DNA of 47,318 bases, taken from NCBI GenBank assembly GCA_028865095.1, contig JAGWLA010000002.1, positions 1-47,318 of the forward strand, read 5' to 3'. This stretch comes from Patescibacteria group bacterium. GTDB lineage: Bacteria; Patescibacteriota; Minisyncoccia; Phycocordibacterales; PALSA-1337. Within the stretch, counting starts at the first letter, position 1. Every line of letters starts with the position of its first letter. Of this stretch, positions 32,603-40,976 are shown piece after piece. The notes beneath the pieces were generated by a model. The model saw only the letters and a program-made list of their open reading frames with translations, made no database searches and was not told where the DNA came from. The translations under genes were made by a program, and so were the position numbers.

Positions 32603-33745
32603 ATGAATGAGACGGGAACCATCGGTATGGCAGGAACGATGCCGGGAGCTTCGGCGGTCGATGTCATCGACGCCCTGCTCGAGCGGGCGGCGAAGCTCAA
32701 GGCATCCGACGTCCATATCGATCCGCGGGCGTCGGACATCCTGGTCAGATACAGGATCGACGGCGAGGTCGAGCTTGCGGGGTCCGTTCCGAAGCGCTTG
32801 CATGAAGAGGTCATCGCCCGGCTCAAGATCCTCGCGGGAGCCCGGACCGACGTGCATTCCGTGCCTCAGGACGGGCGCTTCAAAGCCGATCTCAAGGAGG
32901 GACCGTACAATGCCCGCGTCTCATTCATGCCGACCTATCACGGGGAGAATGCCGTCATCAGGCTGCTTTCCGCCTCGCTCGCCGGCCAGTGCACGTTCGC
33001 CTCGCTCGGGTTCACCCCGGAGCATGTGGCGCTCATCACCAAGGCGATGGCCGCTTCCGACGGGCTCATCCTCATGACGGGCCCGACGGGCTCCGGCAAG
33101 ACCACCACTTTGCGCGTCTGCCTCGGCCTCAAGGCCGAGGAGCCGATATCGGTGATGACGCTCGAAGACCCCGTCGAATACGAGGTCCCGGGCGTGCGCC
33201 ATGTCCATATACGGCGTTCGCACGGCGTGAGCTTCGCATCGGGCCTCCGGTCGGCCCTGCGGCAAGACCCCGACGTCATCATGGTCGGAGAGATCCGAGA
33301 CGAGGAGACCGCCCAGACAGTGATCCATACCGCGCTGACGGGCCACCTGGTCTTCTCGACCCTCCATACGACGTCGGCGATCGACGCCATCCCGCGATTG
33401 ATGGATATGGGCATCGAGCCGTACCTTCTCGCGGCGACGCTGCGGCTGGTGGTCGGCCAGCGGCTGGTGCGCAGGATATGCGCGGCATGCGACGGCACGC
33501 GATCCGTCGGCGCGGAAGAGTGCGCCGCTTGCCGAGGCACGGGCTATGCCGGCCGTTGCGTGATCGCCGAAGCCTGCGAGATCGACGATGGCATGCGCGA
33601 CAAGATAGTCTCGGGGGCGCCGGTATCGGCTTTGCGGGACCACGCCGCTTTGGCAGGGTTCAAGACCATGTCGCAGGATGCCGGAGAAAAGGTCGATTGG
33701 GGAGTGACTTCGCGCACCGAGGCGCTGGGGGCGCTCGGCGCTTGA
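32603..33745 (+). CDS. pilB: GspE/PilB-family type IV pilus / T2SS assembly ATPase (short N-terminus)
   Basis: Shows Walker A (GPTGSGKTTT), the Asp box / Walker B (DPDVIMVGEIRD), the His box (TGHLVFSTLHT), and a tetracysteine motif CAACDG...CAACRGTGYAGR. Confidence 0.85.
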   Translation: MNETGTIGMAGTMPGASAVDVIDALLERAAKLKASDVHIDPRASDILVRYRIDGEVELAGSVPKRLHEEVIARLKILAGARTDVHSVPQDGRFKADLKEGPYNARVSFMPTYHGENAVIRLLSASLAGQCTFASLGFTPEHVALITKAMAASDGLILMTGPTGSGKTTTLRVCLGLKAEEPISVMTLEDPVEYEVPGVRHVHIRRSHGVSFASGLRSALRQDPDVIMVGEIRDEETAQTVIHTALTGHLVFSTLHTTSAIDAIPRLMDMGIEPYLLAATLRLVVGQRLVRRICAACDGTRSVGAEECAACRGTGYAGRCVIAEACEIDDGMRDKIVSGAPVSALRDHAALAGFKTMSQDAGEKVDWGVTSRTEALGALGA

Positions 33746-33746
33746 T

Positions 33747-34814
33747 ATGATGCGGAAGATCCGGGCATGGATGGCGCGCGCTCGGCCGGCATGGCGGCAG
33801 CGCGATAAGGCCATGCTGATAGAGCGCCTGGGCATGTATATCGGCGCCGGCCTGCCCGTCGACAGGGCTCTTCTGGCAGCGGCAGACGGGGCGCCGGCCA
33901 GACAAGAGGATTCTTTGAAGAGGGCGGCTGCCGCGGCAGGATCCGGCCAGCCTTTCTGGAAGGCCATCGATCGCGAAGCAAGGCTTCCGGCTTCGGTCCG
34001 CGGCATCGTCTCATGCGGAGAGGCGTCAGGCGGGCTGGCGTCAGCCCTCGCCTCGGCAGCGTCGGTCATGGAAAGGTCCGCCGATATGAAGAGCAAATGC
34101 CTGTCGGCGATGGCCTATCCGGCCGTCATCGCATGCGCGACGGTCGCCATATCCATCGGGCTCATGCGCGGAGTCATGCCGCAGATAGAGCCGTTGCTCA
34201 AGGGCATCGGCTCCGGCCTCCCGCCGCTCACTGTCGCCGTCATGGCAGCCTCCGATCTCCTGGCCTCATATTGGGGGTATGGGCTGTCTGCGACGGCGGC
34301 TCTCGCGGCCGTGCTGTGGTACGGCCATCGGTTCACTCCCGTCCGAGCGGCGATACAGCGGGCCCTCGCTCTTGTCCCGCTGGTCGGGCCGGCCGCGCAT
34401 GCTTATTCGGCATCGGCGATGGCGCGGTCCCTCGGCGCTCTCATGGCGTCGGGCATGCCAGTGGATGCGGCATATGGGGAGGCGATCGGAGCGGTCCCAT
34501 TGCTGAAGCTCCGCAGATCGCTCGAAGCGAAGAAAGAGGGGGTCAGCCGAGGCGAGCCGCTCAATGCCGCCCTGAAGCCGGCGTTGCCTGCCTATGCGTC
34601 GTCCATCGTCGCGGCGGGAGAGATGTCGGGCGATGTCGCCGCGGCTCTCGTGCGGGCGGCGGATATCATGGACAAGGAGCTCGACCGGTCGCTGAAACGG
34701 GCAGCCTCGCTCATCGAGCCGTTGATGATGATGGCCATGGGGACGGCGGTGGGCACGGTCGCGCTGTCGATAATGATGCCGATATATGACATGTCGAAGG
34801 CACTCCAGCATTGA
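33747..34814 (+). CDS. pilC: GspF/PilC-family platform protein
   Basis: Two T2SS-F-like halves with 3 TM segments. It starts 2 nt after pilB. Confidence 0.75.
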   Translation: MMRKIRAWMARARPAWRQRDKAMLIERLGMYIGAGLPVDRALLAAADGAPARQEDSLKRAAAAAGSGQPFWKAIDREARLPASVRGIVSCGEASGGLASALASAASVMERSADMKSKCLSAMAYPAVIACATVAISIGLMRGVMPQIEPLLKGIGSGLPPLTVAVMAASDLLASYWGYGLSATAALAAVLWYGHRFTPVRAAIQRALALVPLVGPAAHAYSASAMARSLGALMASGMPVDAAYGEAIGAVPLLKLRRSLEAKKEGVSRGEPLNAALKPALPAYASSIVAAGEMSGDVAAALVRAADIMDKELDRSLKRAASLIEPLMMMAMGTAVGTVALSIMMPIYDMSKALQH

Positions 34815-34821
34815 ACATGCC

Positions 34822-36291
34822 TTGCCGAGCCCGGGCACGGCGGCCAGGGGCTCGGTCCTCGCCGATGTCCTCGTCGCTTTCGCCGTCGCGGCGCTGTCGG
34901 TCGCTTCATTGTCGCAGGCGACAGCTTCGGCGCGCCAGGCATTCGGGAGAGCGGAGAGCAGGTCCTCGCTCATACAGGCCTTTGAAGAGCATCAAGGAGG
35001 ATTCGAAGGCCTGATGCCGGGCGAGCGGCGGACGGCGGTCTACGAGGGCGTGCGCTTCGAAGCTGAGGCCAGGCGCTATGCCCAAAGCAGGATAGAGACC
35101 GATATCGCAGTCTCGTATGACGCGAGCCGGGCGGCGAGCAGGCCGTACTCCGATGAGGCCGTCGCCTTCGCCATGGTCCGGCCCGATCCGTCAGGTGCGG
35201 CGGGCATTCTTGTCGGCGGACGCCTCTGCGCTGCGGATATGGACGCGGATGAGCCGGTCGGCTCATACGGCTTCTTTGCCTCGTCGAGCAAGGCCGTGCG
35301 GGCCCATATCGTCCCGGTGACGCTCCCCATCGACCCGCTCTTGCCCCTCACCGACATCGCCGTGCACGACGGCAGGGCATATGTGGCGGCGGATTCGGCG
35401 AAGCGGTCGGACCCCGACTTCATCGTCGCCGACATATCCGACCCGTCGCGGCCGCGGATCGTCGGGGCGATCGATACCGGGCCGGGGATCGCAAGCATCG
35501 CGGTCGCGGGAGGCCACGCTTTCGCGGCATCGGCGAGCGCTGCGGCCCAGCTCCAATCCATCCGCTTGAGCGAGGCCGGGCCTCCCGTCCTCGAAGCGAG
35601 CTATCGCCTTCCATTGCCCGAGGCGAGCACGTCGCCTCCGCATGGGACCGCCATCGCCTACAGCCGCGGCATCGCGTACCTCGGCACCGACCGATGGGAC
35701 GGGGAAGAGCTGTCCGCCATCGACGTCTCCGATCCTGCGGCGCCGGCGAAAGTCGGCGGCTTCGAGACAGGCGGAAAGATCAACGATATCGAGGCGCTCG
35801 AGCGGGCGGCCTATGTCGCGGCGGCAGACGCCAGCCAGTTCCGGGCTCTGGACGTGTCCGACCCCCGGTCTATCTCGCTGATAAGCGCCTTCAGCCCGTC
35901 GGGCTGGGAGCGCCAATCCGGCGAGCGGGTGCATTCATTCGAAGGCCGGGTATCGTTCGGAAGGACATCGGGCGGGTTCGATATCGCCGCCGACAAAGAG
36001 CTCTTCGTCTCGGCCGGAGAGGCATTCGCCGGCGCGGCATCGGCGAACATGCCCGGCGGAGTGTATGGGATAGCCTCCGACAGGCGAAGGACCATCGTCG
36101 CGACCGCGTCCTTCGATAAGGAGCTCACGATCTACGATGCCGCATTGTCGCCCGCCAGCACGCGGGAGTGGCCCTTGCCGGCCGCTCCGCAGGCGATGAC
36201 GTGCGATAGGAGCACGGTGTACGTGCTGGCGCGGACCGCGCCGGTCATATATGAAGTCACTCTATCGACATCGGGGAATGACGCTGATTGA
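34822..36291 (+). CDS. Pilin-like signal/anchor fused to an LVIVD-repeat beta-propeller (putative pilus-associated adhesin)
   Basis: A TTG at 34822 gives MPSPGTAARG|SVLADVLVAFAVAALSVASL; an alternative ATG at 34786 would overlap pilC by 29 nt. The body carries LVIVD-like repeats (FIVADISDPSRPRIVG, LSAIDVSDPAAPAKVGG, FRALDVSDPRSISLISAF). Confidence 0.6.
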   Translation: MPSPGTAARGSVLADVLVAFAVAALSVASLSQATASARQAFGRAESRSSLIQAFEEHQGGFEGLMPGERRTAVYEGVRFEAEARRYAQSRIETDIAVSYDASRAASRPYSDEAVAFAMVRPDPSGAAGILVGGRLCAADMDADEPVGSYGFFASSSKAVRAHIVPVTLPIDPLLPLTDIAVHDGRAYVAADSAKRSDPDFIVADISDPSRPRIVGAIDTGPGIASIAVAGGHAFAASASAAAQLQSIRLSEAGPPVLEASYRLPLPEASTSPPHGTAIAYSRGIAYLGTDRWDGEELSAIDVSDPAAPAKVGGFETGGKINDIEALERAAYVAAADASQFRALDVSDPRSISLISAFSPSGWERQSGERVHSFEGRVSFGRTSGGFDIAADKELFVSAGEAFAGAASANMPGGVYGIASDRRRTIVATASFDKELTIYDAALSPASTREWPLPAAPQAMTCDRSTVYVLARTAPVIYEVTLSTSGNDAD

Positions 36292-36412
36292 GGCGCTCGT
36301 CTATGCCGCGCTCCTGGCTTTTCTGATGGCCGGCCTTATGCAGTCGATCTATGCCGCCGGGCAGTCTGATTCCGGCATCATGGAAAGGATATATCGGGCA
36401 TATGAAGGATAA
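36251..36412 (+). CDS. Mini-pilin: 53-aa prepilin-like ORF, not in the supplied ORF track
   Basis: Reads MKSLYRHRG|MTLIEALVYAALLAFLMAGLMQSIYAAGQSDSGIMERIYRAYEG then TAA. It has the canonical basic leader, Gly, then xTLIE with Glu at +5. It overlaps the upstream gene by 41 nt and the downstream gene by 11 nt. Confidence 0.55.
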   Translation: MKSLYRHRGMTLIEALVYAALLAFLMAGLMQSIYAAGQSDSGIMERIYRAYEG

Positions 36413-36731
36413 GCCGTTATCAGGCGGATACGGCGCCGCTGTCGCGGTCGCGATCGTCGCTGTCGGCTCGCTCGCATCGTCTCTGGCATGCATGTCGGCC
36501 GTCAGGGCGTATGCCGACTCCGTATATCGCCGCGAGCTCCGCATCCAGGCCTCTCTGAATGCCGATTCGTGCATAGAAGAGCTCCCTCTTCTCGCGGCCG
36601 CCGACCCGTTCATCGAAGGCGATATAGCGCTTCCCGAGTTCGGGTGCGTCCTGCATGTCGTCGCGGGCCCCGGCGGCCCTTATGCCGCAGGAGCCTCGGC
36701 GTCGCTCGAAGGGGTGTCTTCGAGCCGCTAA
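36402..36731 (+). CDS. Small membrane-anchored protein, possible minor pilus component (PilX/GspK-like N-terminus lacking Glu5)
   Basis: Begins MKDKPLSGGYGAAVAVAIVAVGSLASS. Its position between the pilin genes is suggestive. The ATG at 36402 overlaps the mini-pilin stop. Confidence 0.4.
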   Translation: MKDKPLSGGYGAAVAVAIVAVGSLASSLACMSAVRAYADSVYRRELRIQASLNADSCIEELPLLAAADPFIEGDIALPEFGCVLHVVAGPGGPYAAGASASLEGVSSSR

Positions 36732-36766
36732 CGCCGCATTATCAAGACCGATATAACCGCATCTAT

Positions 36767-37252
36767 ATGCATCGCCATCCATCAATGAAAGGGTTCACTC
36801 TCATCGAAGTCCTCGTCGTCATCGGCATCATCGCCATCCTCGCCGCCGTCGTCCTTGTGGCCGTCAACCCGGGCAGGCAGTTCAAGCTGGCCCGCGATTC
36901 CCAGCGCACCGCCAACGTCGAAGCCCTCGTCAACGCCATCCACCAGAATATGTCCGAGCATCGGGGGTCGTTCGTGTGCGGCGGCGCGGCCAGGGCGTTG
37001 CCGCACGCGTTGACCGCGATCAGAGGGGATGCGACGGACAGCTATGCGGCCTCCGGATACTTGGGCGACATCGCTTCGTGCCTGGTCCCTGACTATATCT
37101 CGGCGCTCCCGTTCGATCCTGCGGTGCCGAGGGCGCATTTCGCCAGCACGACCGATTACGATACGGGATACGAGATCGTCCAAGGCGCGGACGGCCGCAT
37201 CACGGCCAGCTCGACCGGCGAGCTGGTCCCGACGATCGCGGCCACCCAGTAG
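36767..37252 (+). CDS. Type IV pilin / pseudopilin with a prepilin N-terminal cleavage-methylation motif
   Basis: Begins MHRHPSMKG|FTLIEVLVVIGIIAILAAVVLVA. An alternative ATG at 36785 would give MKG|FTLIE. Confidence 0.8.
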   Translation: MHRHPSMKGFTLIEVLVVIGIIAILAAVVLVAVNPGRQFKLARDSQRTANVEALVNAIHQNMSEHRGSFVCGGAARALPHALTAIRGDATDSYAASGYLGDIASCLVPDYISALPFDPAVPRAHFASTTDYDTGYEIVQGADGRITASSTGELVPTIAATQ

Positions 37253-37258
37253 TCCACA

Positions 37259-37286
37259 TTGACTCTGCCGCCTCATCCGCTACAGT
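37259..37286 (+). promoter_or_regulatory. Promoter TTGACT-16-TACAGT lying 6 nt upstream of ATG 37293
   Basis: TTGACT at 37259-37264 and TACAGT at 37281-37286, then agaagcATG. Confidence 0.6.
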
Positions 37287-37292
37287 AGAAGC

Positions 37293-38297
37293 ATGTCGGG
37301 CGGCAAGCACATCTTCTTCCTTTTTTTCATCGCGGCGGTCGCGGTCGTCGTGGCCTTCGAGATCAAGGCTGCGCAGGGAGAAGGGCTCTTCCAGCCCGGA
37401 CGGGCGACGGACGCGGTCGCGACAGCTGAAGCGCCGAGCGCAGCGCCTCGGATCGACCCCGACTTCCTCGCCTCGCCTTCGTCCACGCCGGCGACGCCCC
37501 CGGAACCACTTCCGAAGCCGGCTGATGCGGCGGCCTCGCCCGCATACCCTGCGCCGGCGGAGGATACGGTGACCGCCGACGCCTATCTGGTCGGCGACCT
37601 GGCGACGGGGAAGATATATCTCCAGAAAGACCCTGATGCGGTCATGCCCATCGCCTCGATGTCGAAGCTCGTCACCGCCATCGTGGCGACGGACACGATG
37701 TCGCCGACGACGACCGTCGAAGTGACGGAGCCGGAGACCGAAGTCTATCCCGACCCCAGCAACCTTCAGGCCGGGGAGAAGTTCTCCATGAAGGAGCTCC
37801 TCTATCCGCTCCTCCTCGATTCGTCGAACGTGGCCGCCGAAGCGCTGGCTTCGTCGACCGACCGGGCGCATTTCCTCAATCTTATGAACGGCTACGCTTG
37901 GGAGATCGGCATGTCCCACTCGTATTTCGGCGACCCGTCAGGCTTGAGCCCGCATAACCAGGCATCCGCCAGCGACTTCTTCAAGCTCGCCCGGTATGTC
38001 TATTCGAGCAGGCCCGACCTGTTCCAGATCACCAGGATACCCAGCGTATCGGTGGCGACGACATCCGACCATGGCGCCCACGCCTTCGACAGCATCCATC
38101 CGTTCGTCAGAGACCCGCGCTTCATCGGCGGGAAGACCGGCCACACCGACGAAGCCGGAGACACCATGCTCACGGTCCTGCGCCTCCATGGCCGCCCGAT
38201 CGCCGTCATCGTGCTGCATTCGCTCACCGGGGAGCGGGCGCACGACACCGAGCTCCTGGCCGACAAGGCCGACGCGCTCCTCGCGGCGGGGCAGTAG
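37293..38297 (+). CDS. D-alanyl-D-alanine carboxypeptidase (S11 / PBP5-like) with an N-terminal anchor
   Basis: Shows SxxK (ASMSKLVTA), SxN (DSSNVAAE) and KTG (GGKTGHTDEAG). Confidence 0.8.
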   Translation: MSGGKHIFFLFFIAAVAVVVAFEIKAAQGEGLFQPGRATDAVATAEAPSAAPRIDPDFLASPSSTPATPPEPLPKPADAAASPAYPAPAEDTVTADAYLVGDLATGKIYLQKDPDAVMPIASMSKLVTAIVATDTMSPTTTVEVTEPETEVYPDPSNLQAGEKFSMKELLYPLLLDSSNVAAEALASSTDRAHFLNLMNGYAWEIGMSHSYFGDPSGLSPHNQASASDFFKLARYVYSSRPDLFQITRIPSVSVATTSDHGAHAFDSIHPFVRDPRFIGGKTGHTDEAGDTMLTVLRLHGRPIAVIVLHSLTGERAHDTELLADKADALLAAGQ

Positions 38298-38302
38298 AGG
38301 CT

Positions 38303-39070
38303 TCAGCCGAGCCAGCCGCTGACGATGGCCTCGGTCTCTTCGGGGCCTTTCACTTCGACGCAGTCGATGCCCGTCGCTTTGGCCGGGTAGTCGTTGCCGC
38401 CGGGCATGAGCTTGTCGCCGACGAAGACCATGTCGTCGATGTGCATATGGAGGTGCTCTTCGAGCTTGCGGATGCCGTAGCCCTTGTTCACGCCGCGCCG
38501 GGTGATGTCGATGGAGTTGGTGCCGCCGATGCGCACGTCGAAGCCGGGGATCTTCTCCTTGATGGCGTCCGCGATCTTCCGCCGCTTCTCGCCAGAAGGG
38601 TCCCAGCGCTCCTTGACCGCGAGCGGGGCGTCCTGCCCGTTAGCGGAGAACGTGACTTGCGAACCGCGGTCCTCGATGGCCGGGCCGAACGTCTTCGCGG
38701 GCTTCTCGACGCCGGATGCCGCCAGGGCGGCGTTCAAAGCGGCCATGATGGCCTCTTTCTCGCGCGGCGCGAGATGCTCGGCGTATTCCTCGCACCAGAC
38801 GCTCCTCCATACCAGCAGCCGGGTCCCGGATGCGGGCAGGAGGAACAGGTTCGCGAACCCTTCCGCCGCCGCAGGCAAGGCGCTCAAGAAATTAGCCTCG
38901 AACTCCTTGTAGCCGCTCCCCGATATGACCGCTACTTTCACCTCTTTGAGCAGGCGGACGATGAGGGCCCCCATGGCGGCGGACATGGGGGATTTGCTCG
39001 GGGCGAGCGTGCCGTCGAGGTCGAATATCACCAGCTTCTTCATGCGGATGTCGGGAGGGCTGTTCGTCAT
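38303..39070 (-). CDS. HAD-IIB hydrolase, phosphomannomutase-like / sugar phosphatase-like
   Basis: Shows VIFDLDGTLAPS (motif I), VISGSG, and FVGDKLMPGGNDYP (motif IV). Its start overlaps the upstream stop (ATGA). Confidence 0.7.
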   Translation of the reverse strand: MTNSPPDIRMKKLVIFDLDGTLAPSKSPMSAAMGALIVRLLKEVKVAVISGSGYKEFEANFLSALPAAAEGFANLFLLPASGTRLLVWRSVWCEEYAEHLAPREKEAIMAALNAALAASGVEKPAKTFGPAIEDRGSQVTFSANGQDAPLAVKERWDPSGEKRRKIADAIKEKIPGFDVRIGGTNSIDITRRGVNKGYGIRKLEEHLHMHIDDMVFVGDKLMPGGNDYPAKATGIDCVEVKGPEETEAIVSGWLG

Positions 39071-40968
39071 GTCTTCAGCATATCGAGGATCGCCTTGAGC
39101 TTGATCGAGGCGACGCCGCAGACGCTGTCGGCCGCGCCGTAATACATATAAAGGGTGCCGTTGCGCTCGACGAGGCCGCAGGGGAAGACGACGTTCGGGG
39201 TCGCCCCTTTGCGCTCGTACTCCTCTTCAGGCTCGAAGAGCGGTATGGCGGTGCGGGCGACCACGACCGTCGGATCGTCGAGGCCGAGGAGCACCGCCCC
39301 GACGCGGTACGTGGTGCTCCAGGAGACGCCGTGATAGAGGAGCAGCCATCCCGACTTCGTCTTGAGAGGAGGGGCCGATATGCCGACCTTGCCCCCGTCC
39401 CACATGCCGCGGCGGGGCGCGATGATCTCGATGCACTTCGTGACCTTCTCGGCGCTGAAATCGAGGGAATCCACCAAGTCGGCGCACACGCTTTCCCTGA
39501 CGCGATGGAATACCAGGTAGCGCCCGCCGACGCTCTCAGGCAGAATGGCGGCGTCCTTGTCGTCCACGCCCGGCGGAGTGATGGCGTACGGCGCGCTCCA
39601 GGATCCCCACTTCTTGGCCAGGAAATCGGCGACGGAGATGGAGCTCACTGCGACCCGCGGGGTATGCCCGTCATATCCCGTATAGGCCATATAGAGGCGG
39701 TCGCCGATGCGCATGACGCGCGGGTCCTCGCAGCCGTAGTTCTCCGCGCCGTCGCGGCGGGTCTCGAACGGCGCCCGGGGGAAATAGATGGGCTTGTCGG
39801 AGCGCTCGTCGATGGAGAAGCCGTCGCTCGTAGAGGCGTAGCCGATGGTCGAGACGTTCCCCCGGGCCACCGCGCGGTAGAGGATGTGCGTCGTGTCGCC
39901 GAGGTCGATGGCGGCGGGGTTGATCGTCCCGGCCGCCTCCCATTGGACGCCCGGGCGCGGGGCGATGATCGGGTTGCCGGGGAAGCGGGCGAAGCTGCGC
40001 TGCGGCGGGTCGACGATGCTGCGGAGCAGGTTGTCGAGCGGGATGCTGGCCATGGCGCAGTAGGTGTCGGCCGCGCCGTAATAGACCTCGAGCTTGCCGT
40101 CGGCGACGAGGGCGCCGCTCGGGAAGATGATGCTCGGGACCTCGCCGACGCGCTCATAATGGGTCTCGGGGACCATGAACGGCCCTTTGGTCCTTCCTAC
40201 GATGCGGCGCGGGTTCTCATGGTCGAGAAGGAGCGTCTCGACGCCGAAGACGCAATCGGGCTTCGCATACCGCTGGATATGCGAATAGACGATCAGCCAG
40301 CCCTTCTCGGTCCAGACCGGCGGCGCGCCGAGCTCGATATGGTCGTCAGGCAGGCGGCGGATGTGGAGCTTGTGGGAGTCGACGCTCTTCAGCCACTCTT
40401 CCCAATAGGCCGGCGACCACATGTCCTCGGGGGAATCGAATTCGGCGAAGCAGATGTCGGCCGGCTTGCGGTCCGTATTGATGGTGAGCAGGGCGCAGAG
40501 CTTGCCGCCGATCCTCTTCGGGAAGAGAGCCATGGCTTTGGCGTTGAACGGCGTCACCAGATGCTTTTCGGAGACAGAGCGGAGGTCTTTCGAAAGGGCC
40601 ACCGCCACTTTGATGTTGTCGGCAGAATACGGGAAGCCGCCGAGGGCGGTATAGAAGATGTAATACGTCCCGCCTATCTCGGTCACGCGGGGATCCTCGC
40701 AGCCGTACCGGTCGAAATCGCTTCCGGGCGTCACGAGCGCTTTCCGCTCGCCAAAGTGGATGCCGTCGTCGGAGAAGGAGCTGCCGATGACGGAAGTCTT
40801 GATATGGGTCGGCTGGAGGAGGTCCGGCTGGGACATGCACCGGTAGACCATGCAGGCGCGCGAGCCCGCCTTCACCGGGCATCCGTTGAATGCGGCGGAA
40901 GCTTCCCACGGATGGTCTTCCGTCGGGGACAGCAGGGGATTATGGGGAGAGCGGGTGACCGTGAACAT
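39067..40968 (-). CDS. Tandem double GH130-like (DUF377 glycosidase/phosphorylase) protein, 633 aa
   Basis: Two homologous halves, each with NP(L/I)(L/I)xP, WE..A.FN(G/P)A, YGCEDPRV and an ...Y.(F/A)YT core. Confidence 0.7.
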   Translation of the reverse strand: MFTVTRSPHNPLLSPTEDHPWEASAAFNGCPVKAGSRACMVYRCMSQPDLLQPTHIKTSVIGSSFSDDGIHFGERKALVTPGSDFDRYGCEDPRVTEIGGTYYIFYTALGGFPYSADNIKVAVALSKDLRSVSEKHLVTPFNAKAMALFPKRIGGKLCALLTINTDRKPADICFAEFDSPEDMWSPAYWEEWLKSVDSHKLHIRRLPDDHIELGAPPVWTEKGWLIVYSHIQRYAKPDCVFGVETLLLDHENPRRIVGRTKGPFMVPETHYERVGEVPSIIFPSGALVADGKLEVYYGAADTYCAMASIPLDNLLRSIVDPPQRSFARFPGNPIIAPRPGVQWEAAGTINPAAIDLGDTTHILYRAVARGNVSTIGYASTSDGFSIDERSDKPIYFPRAPFETRRDGAENYGCEDPRVMRIGDRLYMAYTGYDGHTPRVAVSSISVADFLAKKWGSWSAPYAITPPGVDDKDAAILPESVGGRYLVFHRVRESVCADLVDSLDFSAEKVTKCIEIIAPRRGMWDGGKVGISAPPLKTKSGWLLLYHGVSWSTTYRVGAVLLGLDDPTVVVARTAIPLFEPEEEYERKGATPNVVFPCGLVERNGTLYMYYGAADSVCGVASIKLKAILDMLKT

Positions 40969-40976
40969 CCCTCAGA

